A stretch of DNA of 64,000 bases from Octopus sinensis (lineage: Eukaryota), in NCBI RefSeq assembly GCF_006345805.1, contig NC_043006.1:70122001-70186000 (forward strand), read 5' to 3'. A program made the translations under genes and the position numbers. This document shows, in pieces, positions 28,306 through 40,919 of the stretch (position 1 is its first letter; each line of letters begins with the position of its first letter). The notes under the pieces are model-generated. The model was given only the letters and a program-made list of their open reading frames with translations. It did no database searches and had not been told where the DNA came from.

Positions 28306-28379
<74 letters not shown>

Positions 28380-28383
<4 letters not shown>

Positions 28384-28732
28384 CAGTTGTATACTGTCAA
28401 CTTAACGTGACAGTCCCATAAAGGGAATTACACCACCGCTATTTAGCTCTAGGAAGCATCAACGCCTCCTGTCGGCCTTGACGCATTTCCTGTGTCCTTA
28501 TGTTTACAAAGGGGAGACAAGCACCCCCAACAGCTAGGCCTGCATCCAGAGACATGTTTCTGAGTCTTGCAGGCCTAGCTGTTGGGGGTGCTTGTCTCCC
28601 CTTTGTAAACATAAGGACACAGGAAATGTGCCAAGGCCGACAGGAAGCGTTGATACTTCCTAGGGCTAAATAGTGGTGGTGTGATTCCCTTTATGGGACT
28701 GTCACGTTAAGTTGACAGTATACAACTGCTCT
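28380..28732. repeat. ~350-bp near-perfect palindrome (foldback MITE)
   Basis: Arms of ~165 bp are reverse complements, centred near 28555. Confidence 0.92.
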
Positions 28733-29723
28733 ATCGTTACACCACTGCTTATATCTCTTTGAGATATTTAGAAATTTGATACATACATATATATACATAT
28801 ATACGACGGGCTTCTTTCAATTTCCGTCGACAAAATCCACTCACAAGGCTTTGGTAGGCCCGAGGCTATAGTAGAAGACACTTTCCCAAGGTGCAACGCA
28901 GTGGAGCTGATCCGGAACTATGTGATTAGTAAGCAAGCTACTTACCACACAGCCACTCCTGCGCCTACTGTGCATGATTGTTGTCTTGTCCCAAATAACT
29001 AAATCGGATCAATATTGATGGCACCCGCTGAGGTCGATTTTGCTTTTCATGCTTTCGGGGTCGATAAATTAAATACCAGTTGCGTACTGGGGTCGATATA
29101 ATCAACTGGCCCCCTCCCCAAAAATTTAAAACCGTGTGCCTAGAGTAGAAAAGAATATTGATGGCACTTAGCTAAAAAAAATTTTGAAGTTAATGTTTGA
29201 CCAATATTCTTTGTATTAATAAACATCTAAGTATTCTATAACAGATGTTAGTATTTATCCAAAGTCAGCCTTCTCTACAGTTGACATTGTTATAGTGTTT
29301 TTTTGTTGTTTTTTTTTGTAATTTCGGATTCTCATAGAAGGTCATAGAAGTGAGAAACTCTGTGACCTCCCAACCGAATCGTAAGTTATTATTCTCTTCA
29401 CTTTCTGAGCATTTCGTTGACATATTTATTCTTGTTATTGTTTATCTGATGTTGTCTCACTAACATCACACAACTAATCGTCAACAATGTTGCTTGCAGT
29501 AGACATCAGAATCTTGCGGGATATCTTATGGAATGGATTACTTCGATAGACCAGTCAAATACTCCAAATGCTGGAATCGATACTGTTACTGCAAATGTAT
29601 TGTAAGATAGTCTTGCAATAAAAGCAAACACGTGAGTGGCATTCTGCCATTTTTTAGTGTGATGTAAGATTCTTTGGTCACTCTGTCTTTACTAACAACA
29701 CCTTTGCATGTTATATTTCTATC

Positions 29724-30130
29724 AAAGGCGGTGAGCTGGCAGTAAACGTTAGCATGCCGGGTGAAATGCTTCGCGGTATTTCGTCTGCCGTTCCGTTCTG
29801 AGTTCAAATTCAGCCGAGGTCGACTTTGCCTTTCCTCATTTCGGAGTCGATAAATTAATTACCAGTTACGCACTGGGGTCGATGTAATCGACTAATCCCT
29901 TTGTCTGTCCTTGTTTGTCCCCTCTATGTTTAGCCTCTGGTGAGCAATAAAGAAATAAGAAACGTTAGCACGCCGGGCGAAATGCTCCGCAGTATTTCGT
30001 CTGTCTTTACGTTCTGAGTTCAAATTCCGCCGAGGTCAACTTTGCCTTTCATCCTTTCGGGGTCGATAAATTAATCGACTGGACCCCGCTCCACCAAAAA
30101 TTTCGGGCCTTGTGCCTAGAGTGGAAAAGG
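29724..30130 (+). mobile_element. Dimeric SINE type B
   Basis: Two modules in tandem flanked by TATATTTCTAT. Confidence 0.8.
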
Positions 30131-30519
30131 ATATATTTCTATTAATAATTGGATTCTTATGGCACATAGTGTGAGGAATAGGGGATATAAAGGGAGCATG
30201 GATGCAAAAAATTTGGGGACTAGAAAACAATTTTTCCTTGATCAGCTTTGAAATATTATTAATTTTGGCTAAATTCCATTCCTGTACAGCAGAAAATATT
30301 GTTACTAAATCCCATTATTTCTCAGGATCGTAAAATTTCAAATAGAAATTAAAAAAAAAAACAGAATTACGTAGGTATCGCTTGCTTTTATTGACCTTAA
30401 TACATTTACCAGTGGATTATAGTAAAAGAACTGACAGTTATCTTAATGCCTAAATGAATAGAAACTCAGACTGTCTCCTTGGAGCATTTCCTTTGAAATA
30501 TAACGTAGGAGATATGTAT

Positions 30520-30843
30520 GTGAAGGCGCGTGGCTTAGTGGTTAGGGCATTCGGTTCACGATTGTAAGGTCATGAGTTCAATTCGCGGCGACGCATTCTG
30601 TCCTTGAGCAAGACACTTTATTTCACGTTGCTCCAGTTCACTCAGCTGGCAAAAATGAGTTGCACCTGTATTTCAAAGGGCCGGCCTTGTCACACTTTGT
30701 CACGCTGAATCTCCCTGGGAACTCCGTTAGGGGTACACGTGTCTGTGGATTACACAGTCACTTGCACGTTAATTTCACGAGCAAGCTGTTCCGTTGATAG
30801 TATCAGCTGGGACCCGCGTCATCGTAACCGACGGAGTGCTCTT
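30520..30843 (+). mobile_element. tRNA-derived SINE with the type A tail and a CORE-like centre
   Basis: A box TGGCTTAGTGG, B box GAGTTCAATTC, CCTTGAGCAAGACACTT centre. Imperfect TSD TAGGA(G/T)ATATGT. Confidence 0.8.
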
Positions 30844-31526
30844 ATAGGATATATGTTCTACGTTCTGTTACAAGTATGAGTGAGGATTGATGATCAAATT
30901 TTGGGGAGCTTTTCAAAAGCGCCGACCAAAGCAACAAGCACTTTTGCCTATTGTTGTGACATGATTAGCCATCGAGTACCTTTCTGCAATCAGGCCATAT
31001 TGTCACAAGGTTGTTTCTGTAACGTTTTCTTATGTCAAACGACATAATTTCATTTGTCAAAATGTGTTAAACACATCCCCGTACATCCTCTTTCCACCCG
31101 TCCGCCTGCTCATCAATCAACGTCTTGTTAGTCTCGCTATCGTTCTGGAGGAACTCATTCAAGCTGTTTCAGTGTAGTTTATACATAATATTTATACAAG
31201 CAATGGCTCTATAGATTTTGTCTTGCCCGTGTTATGGTAAGCTAATTTAGAATGTCAAACCCGGCTTCCCATAGTTCTTTAAAATATACATGTTAGTTGA
31301 ATATTCCTGCAGAAAATAAACATCTTGTAGACAATCCAACTACTAGGTCTCTTCCTAATATATTCCCATTATACAGCCTTTCTACAGTTTTGGTGAGAGT
31401 TTCAGCATCGATTACGTAAGTTTATTGCTTACGTTGGTACAGCATCCTTCTTGGATCATATCTAATCATGACTGAAATTTTTCCTTTCATTCCAGTTCTT
31501 ACATCGAAGAGGGGTAATTTTTTTTT

Positions 31527-31832
31527 TACTTGTTTGTTCCTTCTCGAGCCATGCCTGGCTCATAAGGGCCAGTTTCCAGGTTTCCTTGGCGTATAGGTTC
31601 CCCACTTGGACGGGACGCCGGTCCGTCGCAGGTGAGCTGCAAGATGCAGGAGGAAAGAATGAGAGAAAGTTGTGGCGAAAGAGTCAGCAGAAGTTCACCA
31701 TTACCTTCTGCCGGAGCCGTGTGGAGCTTAGGTGTTTCGCTCATAAACACACACGTTGCCCGGTCTGAGATTCGAGCCCGCGGTCCTTCCACCGTGAGTT
31801 CGCTGCTCTAACCACTAGGACATGTACCTCCA
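31527..31832 (-). mobile_element. SINE with a type A-like head/centre and an alternative tail
   Basis: Shares GAGAGAAAGTTGTGG..GTGGAGCTTAGGTG with type A. Tail shared with 15672-15850. Confidence 0.75.
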
Positions 31833-32518
31833 CTTTTATTTGTTTTACTTAGATATTACTTTTTCTTCATGTCCCTATACACAGTTTGTGGATTAGAAGT
31901 AAATTTCTGAATAATTTTGACGCGTTCTTATACTTTTTTTCCGATATTGAAATTTTCACTCAACCTCTTGAAGTCACATTTTCAAGTTCTTTAAATATCG
32001 CCAATAAGTTTTAACATAACTGTGCTGGGGACATTTTGTTTTACTCTCGTCAAAGAATACGCGTTATTTAAAAGTAGCTTGGGGGGAATTGAAAAAAAAT
32101 TGTTTTCAAACTGGCTTTACAATATTTTAAAGTTGTATATATTTCACAGGGGTATTTGTTTTGCATCGAGTTTACACAAAGCTAAATGAGAGCGGTGTAG
32201 CAGAGGCGAAGGCGGCATAGGTCTGTCTTCATCAGTTTTTGACAGTTTTGAATATCTTCAGGATGTCGATCAGCATCACTGGAACTTGAATAACGATGGT
32301 AGCGGTCCGTGGTAGCTATTTTTCGAGTAAAGGAAGATGCCTATTACCAAAGCTGTTTAATTGCGAAAGGCTTAAGCTTGGACGTGCTTCATACTATGTA
32401 TATATGTATATGTATATATACATGCATGTATGTACATATATATATATAGAGATGTGTGTGTGTGTGTGTGTTGTGTGTGTGTTGTGTGTGTGTGTGTATG
32501 TGTGTGTGTGTGTGTGTG

Positions 32519-32552
<34 letters not shown>

Positions 32553-32560
32553 GTGTGTGT

Positions 32561-32701
32561 ACAGTAATACCTCATTTTACGAGGATCCGCTTTTCGAGAC
32601 ACCGGGTTACGAGATTTTACGAGTTTTATTTTCTGTTTACGAATTTTCGTTTTACGAGTGTTTTCCCGGAACGAATTAACTCGTATATCGAGGCATTACC
32701 G
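32561..32701. mobile_element. Tigger/pogo-like MITE
   Basis: Termini CAGTAATACCTC and GAGGCATTACCG, TA on the left, internal TTACGAG repeats. Confidence 0.55.
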
Positions 32702-33087
32702 TGTGTGTTGGCTGCGTGGTAAGAAGCTTGCTTACCAACCACATGGTTCCGGGTTCAGTCCCACTGCGTGGCACCTTGGACAAGTGACTTCTACTATGGC
32801 CTCGAGCCGACCAAAACCTTGTGAGTGGATTTTGTAGACGGAAACTGACAGAAGCCCGTCGTATATATATGTGTCTGTCTGTCTGTCTGTTTTAGTGTCT
32901 GTGTTGTCCCACCAACAACACCATCGCTTGACAACCGATGTTGGTGTGTTTACATTCCCGTAACTTAGTAGTTCGGCAAGAGGTAACGATAGAATAAGTA
33001 CTATGCTTACAAAGAATAAGTTCTGGGGTCGCTTTGCTGACACAAATAAAAAATAAAAGAATATATATACATATGTGTGTGTGTGTA

Positions 33088-33133
<46 letters not shown>

Positions 33134-33616
33134 CGTGTGTGTGTGTGTGCGTGTGCGTGTGTGTGTGTGTGCGTGTGTGTAGGAAAAACCACAATTGTAA
33201 TAGGAATTAAAATTGTGATTTCGCAGTGTCGTTCCACCGAGTTTAACGTTATCATTTTTGCCAATATTGTGTGCAAATCTCAGTTTTAACAGTTGGTTTA
33301 AAAAAGAAAAACAAGTGAGAAAAACTATCAAAAACAGAAATCTAACACCGAACAAACAAACACACGAGGTGAAAAGACAATAACTTTGTGACAATAATGG
33401 TGATAATAACGCTGATAATATTCAAAACCAGGAGACAAACAATAACATTCTCTCACGCACACATACGAACACACACACACACACACGCACACACATACAT
33501 ACACACATCTTGCCAAATAAAAGCAGCTTGGGAATTTGTGTGAAAGACCAGTTTCGTCTCTTGCAAATATAACTTCTAGCAGACGAGTTATACAAACATG
33601 CAACCTGCGGGCGAGT

Positions 33617-34404
33617 ATATGGTATTATTACGTGACAAAAACAAGTGCATTTCTACCCGAATTCGACATGGTATTAGTACGTGACAAAAACAAGTGCATT
33701 TCTACCCGAAGCCGACATGGTATTAGTATGTGGCAAAAACAAGTGCATTTCTACCCGAAGCTGACATGGTATTAGTATGTGACAAAAACAAGTGCATTTC
33801 TACCCGAAGCCGACATGGTATTAGTATGTGACAAAAACAAGTGCATTTCTACCCGAAGCTGACATGGTATTAGTATGTGACAAAAACAAGTGCATTTCTA
33901 CCCGAAGCTGACATGGTATTAGTATGTGACAAAAACAAGTGCATTTCTACTCGAAGCCGACATGGTATTAGTATGTGACAAAAACAAGTGCATTTCTACC
34001 CGAAGCCGACATGGTATTAGTATGTGACAAAAACAAGTGCATTTCTACCCGAAGCCGACATGGTATTAGTATGTGACAAAAACAAGTGCATTTCTACCCG
34101 AAGCCGACATGGTATTAGTATGTGATAAAAACAAGTGCATTTCTACCCGAAGCTGACATGGTATTAGTATGTGACAAAAACAAGTGCATTTCTACCCGAA
34201 GCCGACATGGTATTAGTATGTGACAAAAACAAGTGCATTTCTACCCGAAGCCGACATGGTATTAGTATGTGACAAAAACAAGTGCATTTCTACCCGAAGC
34301 CGACATGGTATTAGTATGTGACAAAAATAAGTGCATTTCTACCCGAAGCCGACATGGTATTACTATGTGACAAAAACAAGTGCATTTCTACCCGAAGCTG
34401 ACAT
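33617..34404. repeat. 49-bp minisatellite, ~16 units
   Basis: Unit ACATGGTATTAGTATGTGACAAAAACAAGTGCATTTCTACCCGAAGC(C/T)G, period 49 (33666 to 33715), no spacers. Confidence 0.97.
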
Positions 34405-34564
34405 ACACGTGCGAAATAAATGGAAGGCGACGTACCTACCTAGGCTCTGCCAAAGCTACGCTTGTGCTCTCATAAAATAGCCGAAGACAACCCCTACGGA
34501 TGTTTAAATTGAGCTTGTGACAGAATATATCGTATTAAAAACTGAACAACGAAACAAACTCAAT

Positions 34565-34710
34565 ACATTATTTACATTTAACGGATATTTGTCTTCATTT
34601 TGTTTGATGTTAACACAACGCTTTGGCTGATATACCACCATCCCTTCATCAGGTGTCTTGGGGAAATTTCGAACCTGGCTTCTCATTCCTAAGGTTTTTT
34701 CGATGTTATT
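34565..34710 (-). mobile_element. Inverted degenerate copy of the hammerhead-bearing element
   Basis: Reverse complement GACAC-CTGATGA-AGGGATGGTGGTATATCAGCC-AAAG-CGTTGTGTT; the GAAA core is mutated. Confidence 0.7.
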
Positions 34711-34738
34711 AGATTCCGAGTTCGATTCCAGGCAGTGA

Positions 34739-34800
<62 letters not shown>

Positions 34801-35929
34801 GACTGGATGCTAAAGCTCGTGGAAAATCACGAGAGACGAAAGAAGCTTCATTCTATCATCAAGGAAAGCAAAAAATTTGCTATTGATCTCGTGCAGGATA
34901 CCCAAACTGAACAACCCGAGGGAAGTACGGCAACTATTGTTGCAAAGAAGGTGAGAATGATGGCAATGAAAAAAGCGCACGAGCAATTGGCTGATAGGTG
35001 GGAGGAGAAACCTCTGCACGGCAAATATGTGACCCGCAGCAAACAAGCTGATGTTGACCAGAAGCAAACCCATCAGTGGCTGCGGAGCTCAGGGCTAAAA
35101 GCAGAGAGCGAAGGTTTCATCCTGGCTGCTCAAGACCAAAGCCTATCAACCCGGAACTACCAGGCCAATCTGATGAAAATGGAACAGACCCAAAATGCCG
35201 ATTCTGCAACGACATGATTGAAACAGTGGACCACCTAATCTCTGGATGTAAAGTCTTAGCACCAGTGGAGTATAAATTAAGACATGACAGAGTTGGCCAA
35301 TATCTCCACTGGCTAATAAGTCGGCATTACAATATCAAAACTGCCGACAAGTGGTATAATCACCACCCTGAGGCGGTAACTGAAGGAGAAAATGTAACCA
35401 TTCTGTAGGACTTTCCAGTACATACAGACCGAACCATCAAGGCCAATAAACCAGATATTGTTGTGAAAGACCAAAACAATAAAGTTTGCTTATTGATCGA
35501 CATGAGCATCCCCTGTGATCATAATATCTCAGCGAAAGAGTTTGACAAGCTCAGAAAATATAAAGACCTACTCATTGAAATTGAGAAAATGTGGCATCTC
35601 AAGGCGGTTACAATACCAGTGATCGTAGGAGCACTAGGAATGATCAAGAAGGGAACCGAAAATTATATGAGAATGATCCCTGGCTTACCATCCCTGCAAG
35701 AAGTGCAAAAGATTGTCTTAACTGGTACATCACACGTATTGAGAAGAGCATTGTCGATGTGAGAACTGTTGCTGCTCATGTATTTTAATTTAACTTTAAA
35801 AAAAAAAAATGAACGAACTACTGAGTTTGGTTTAATGGCCTACCAATATACACTATGAGTTTCTTTGCCCTAGGAGTCGGGAAAACACTCGGCAAGAAAT
35901 GGAAGAAAATTTGAAAGAAGAAAAAAAAA

Positions 35930-35930
<1 letters not shown>
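34801..35930 (+). mobile_element. 5'-truncated R4/Dong-like LINE (REL domain + 3' UTR)
   Basis: Nearly identical by eye to 62328-63470. ORFs 34807-35217, 35076-35408 and 35463-35762. (TAA)n on both sides. Confidence 0.93.
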
Positions 35931-35981
<51 letters not shown>

Positions 35982-36093
35982 TGATGATGATAATAATAAT
36001 AATAATAATAATAATAATATAATAATAATAATAATATAATAATAATAATAATAACAATAACAACATCAACAACAACTACAACAACAACAACAA

Positions 36094-36278
36094 GATCGAA
36101 AAATACCTTAGGAATGAGAACCCAAGTTCGAAGCTTCTCCAAGACACCTGATGAAGGCTGGAGGGTATATCAGCCGAAACGTTGTGTTAACAACTAACAA
36201 GATGAGGACAAATATCCGTCAAATGTAAATAATGTAAATAATATATATAATTCCTCATCTCTTAAATATAGAACTGTA
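36094..36278 (+). mobile_element. ~185-bp non-coding Penelope pseudo-LTR-like element carrying the hammerhead
   Basis: A second, inverted copy lies at ~34565-34710. The 5' end abuts (CAA)n/(TAA)n. Confidence 0.7.
36143..36188 (+). ncRNA. Minimal type I hammerhead ribozyme motif (Penelope-type)
   Basis: GACAC-CTGATGA-A-GGCTG(loop)CAGCC-GAAA-CG-TT-GTGTT: stem I, catalytic core, 5-bp stem II and the palindromic ACGT mini stem III. Confidence 0.8.
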
Positions 36279-36911
36279 AACTCAGTTAATGTTATACAAT
36301 TAGCTATAGACTAATCTCCCAGTATTAAGGAACAGGGAACACAATGGTCAGTGATGATGGTGATGGCCTATGAGTCGTGGTTACATTTGTATGAGAAATA
36401 GGGGCAATTTGTCAAACGGGACCAGACGTTTGACAATTTGTAGTCGAATGCTATACACGGTCTCATGAACCCACATGAAGGGAAACTATACTGGAGTTGT
36501 TATCTTGCACTGGATGCCGAGAGAAAAGTTTTGCAACGGGTCGTTCAACTACAAAGCTTAGTTACTTCATATTTGAAGTAAAGGTTTTTAAATGTCTCGG
36601 ACCAGAAGAACTGTAAGAGCTTAAAATAAGTAAGCAGCGACTGCAGGCCGTGAAGGCTGCTGTTGCAAGGACAACATCGACCGCAGCAACGAAAGTCTTG
36701 CAATAGATTGCTCCTTCGGGTCCAGGAGCTCATCCACCGACCATAAATGCATACATGCGTATGCATGTATGCATGTATGCATGTATGTAGAGAGAGAGTA
36801 TATATACATACATTCACGCACGCACACACAAAAACACACACAGACATACACACTCACACACACACAGGCACACAGATATATATGTATATACATACACGCA
36901 GATACATACAT

Positions 36912-37107
<196 letters not shown>

Positions 37108-37140
37108 TAGACATAGATATAGATATAGATATAGATATAT

Positions 37141-38332
37141 ATGGCCGGATAATTGAAGAGTTTGCATTGTTTCGAAAGGAATTTTTGTCCATTCTTCGGC
37201 TAAAACAGTCTCCAGTTCTTGTAGTGATGATGGTGGAGGATATCGATTCCTTACTTGCTTTTCTAAAATGCACAATAAATGTTCAATAATATTGAGATCT
37301 GGGGACTGTGGTGGCCAGATAAGACATTCAACTTCACTGGAATGTTCTTTGTGCCATTCAGTAACAACTTCAGCTGTGTGAATTGGCGCATTATCATCCT
37401 GAAAGATTGCGTTTTCCCTCCAGAAACAGTTCCGCAACCATAGGGTGCATTTGATCAGATAAAATGCTTAAATAGGCTTGACTGTTAATTCTACCATGAA
37501 GGGAAAATATTGGGCCGACGGATTTCCAAGATATAGCCCCCACACACACTACCCCGACCCCAGATCATCACAGATCCTCCTCCATATTTAACAGATGGAA
37601 AAAGGTAGTCTGGGTCAAATGCATCTTTTGGCTGTCTCCACACGTATACTCGGTCGGTGGTCGGAAATAAGGTAATGGATGACACGTCCGAGAAAATAAC
37701 ATTCTTCCACTGCCCTAGGGACCAATTCTGTAGGTTTTTACTCCACTCTATATGCTTTGCAACGTTTGTTTCTGAAAGTAGTGGCTTTCTGATTGCAGCT
37801 CTCCCATGAAAATCGACTTTGTGCAGCTCCCGGCGAACAGTTTTTGTGGAAACTGGGTTCTTGAAGTGGTCATTAAGCTCAGCAGTAATTTTGGGCACTG
37901 TACTTTTGTGATCCTTTCTAACAATTCGCATAAGAGTCCGACGGTCCCTATCTGAAAGTTTTGGTTTTCTTCCGGAGTTTTATTTCGACGAGGAGGTTTT
38001 TCCCTCTTTCTCAAAAGCTGTCATTACTTTCGAGACAGTACTTTTTGATACACTAAACATTTCGACTGTTTTCGTTACGATAGCGCTTGCCATTCGAGCA
38101 CCAACAATGTGACCTCTTTGAAAGTCCGATATATCTCACATTTTAATAAATTTTGATTACCTTTTTCTGATGATATCTGAAAAGAAACAGCAATTTTAGC
38201 AAAACATATTAAGCAACACTAATAATAAATCAAAAAACATAAAAATAAAGAAGCTTTTGACGGTTTTATAGATATTACAAAATTATGCTGCTATGATGCT
38301 AGGTGTTTCCATTATTTTGTCCAACCCCTGTA
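37141..38332 (-). mobile_element. Tc1/mariner DNA transposon remnant
   Basis: TIR TACAGGGGTTGGACAAAATAATGGAAACACCT at 38301-38332. Transposase motifs WKNVIFSD, FQDDNAPIH and WPPQSPDLNIIE. Broken by (GATA)n. Confidence 0.92.
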
Positions 38333-38333
38333 C

Positions 38334-38366
<33 letters not shown>

Positions 38367-39094
38367 ATATATATATGAAAATGCTTTGCACATCTTGACG
38401 ATACACATTTATAAAAGTATAACCGTGTTCCCGATGTTTGTGCACTTATGCATGTGTGTGTGGGCGGGGGGCAGGGGTATTGTGTGTGTGTTTTCTACTT
38501 TTTTTACCTCTTTTCTATCTATGTCAAGGCAAAATTTCCTTGTTCGATGCACTGAAACCCGTTTGTGCTTTCATTTTGCTATTGTTGATTTTATGATATT
38601 TCTGCCGCTGTACCTCTTCTCTTTTTTTTCTTTTTTCTTTTTTTTTTTGCCTTTTCTGAATGTGACCGATGCCTAGTCACCTCAAATCCGGGTTTTGCTA
38701 GATTTATCTGTGACGTGAGGAGGGTGCATGAGGTAGAAAAAATGTCGGATCCTCGTACGCCAAACGTCTTCATCCTTCAGAAAGGGTGTGCGATAATTGA
38801 AAAGTAAATCTCGTAATTGTGAGAGACAAACAAACAGACAGACAGACAGACAGGGGAGGGAGAGAGAGAGAGAGAGAGAGAGTTAGTGAAGACAGAGCAA
38901 GAAAGAGAACGAGGGTGGAAGTGAGGAGATTGATGAGGGGGTGGAGAGGGGACTGTTATAAAAATTTCAATTCGAAATTGAAATACTTTAAACAAATAAC
39001 ATCACGGGAGTCGTTCCTACGTTGTACGTATGTTTATATGTAGCTACGTAAACACACGTATACACACACAACACACACACACACACATATATAC

Positions 39095-39144
<50 letters not shown>

Positions 39145-39176
39145 GTATGTATGAGTGAACTTCTGTGTGTTTTTGC

Positions 39177-39252
<76 letters not shown>

Positions 39253-39829
39253 GTGTGTGTGTCCCCGTTTTAATTTAATGTTCGTGCATACGCATACACA
39301 AACATACACTAATTTAAATATATATTTATACATACATGTCACTCTACATGATCGAGTGAAAAGACGCCGAGGAGCTTGACATGCGTAGAAAAATATTATA
39401 CATGCTGTAATGGGTGTGTTTGTGATGTCGGTATGTTTTGCAGGATGTGGTGGGTTGAGGTTACTTTCTACCTAGAGAGCTGTCACTGTTCGAGTATTTA
39501 TTTATCGCCTGTCAACGAACACATAATCTAATAGTTTTTGTTATTGTTGATTCAAGCGGAGCTACAGGTCAAGGCATTCCAGCTGTGACCACCACCACCC
39601 TTGTTTCGTTTCGTTTTCAGACATTGTGTTATCAAGTACCACGTCATCCAATGTATCTGTCGTTTCTTGTGACTGTAGATAATGTTTATAGCAGAGTTTT
39701 ATAAATTCAATTACCAACAGAAGAGAGGAAGTGAAGAAGTGAAGACAAGAAAATTTAGATCCTCCAGTCCACTCGGAAACTGAACTTAGCAATCTATTTT
39801 ATGGACTCTACAAGAAACAAATTTTTTCT

Positions 39830-40310
39830 GATGATGCAGAACATTACTTGTTTCTTCAGATTCCTGATTTTGAGTTTTTGGTTGGAGCGGGGATTAAAAA
39901 GATAAGTATTAACAAAAGAATGGTTTGTAATCAGATGCGTTGGACTGGCCATGTTATCAGAGTACAGAATGGAAGTATATCTAAACATTTTTTTTATTGA
40001 GTGGTGACAAGAGGGTAAAGGCCACTGCATGAACCATGGAAGTGGTTTATGTGTGTTGTAAAAGGAAATCTTGAAGCTTTTACAGATAGATGTGGATAAA
40101 TGGGAGGCATTTTGCTGAAAACCGTGCGACAAGTAGAAAGATTTGAAAGAATAGATGCGATGTCGATGAGCAACAGATAGTGGAACACACTGCTCTGGAG
40201 CTTTCACTCCGTCAGCAAGACTGAAACAAACGAAACGCGTGTTGGTGCAAGTCTCAATGAGTGGATGGCACTCTTCTGGCAAGAAGGACTAATCGGCAAA
40301 CGGTTCTGAG
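39830..40310 (+). mobile_element. RTE-like LINE C-terminal relic
   Basis: Translates QMRWTGHVIRVQNGSISKHFFY...DKWEA with stops and frameshifts. Confidence 0.65.
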
Positions 40311-40549
40311 CACATGGTCAGTTCTATTTGAAAATCAGAACGCTGGTGCATAAGAAGTCATGAGAAAAAGAAACAGAAAGCTGATGTAAAAAGTGGAAGG
40401 GTGAGTAAAAACGGAAAATGAAAAGAAAAGAGAGAAAATTATTGTTACGTCTCCTTTGACTGTAGAAACCATAATAAACTAGTTGTAGAATAATTTAACG
40501 GAGAAGGGTCCAAAGTCTTCGAGACAGCTTCCCAATCAGGAAAGGTGGT

Positions 40550-40903
40550 ATCCTCCAGCTTGCCAAAAGAAATTTGTCCAGTTTGCGTTTGCTGAAAATT
40601 TCAGATCTAGAATTAAGTAGCGCGATCGAATTCTTAGACTTAAAAGAATGTGCGATCTTTCAGCTACGCATATATTGCATTTGGTCTTCAAACCCCATTC
40701 GTGGCTAGCCAACTTAGTGGCGTATTTCCGGCACATCGACAAAGTAGAATTTATCTCGAACTAGCAGGGCTAGTACTGTTAGGTCGGGGGTTCTTGAAGT
40801 TACCCAGGGTAGTACCGGACTTGAAAGTTCTCTGAAAAAGACCAGGTACTTCATCCTCATCGACGCCTTGAGTTTCCCCGAAAATGTCATTGCTCTTAAC
40901 CGC
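40550..40903 (-). mobile_element. Penelope-like C-terminal fragment, copy 1 of the direct repeat
   Basis: Near-identical to 43212-43573. Confidence 0.6.
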
Positions 40904-40919
40904 CATTTGATTTCTATTT

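Noticed and set aside
33617-34404. CRISPR-like array
   Set aside because: Contiguous tandem units with no unique spacers, no cas genes, and a eukaryotic context.
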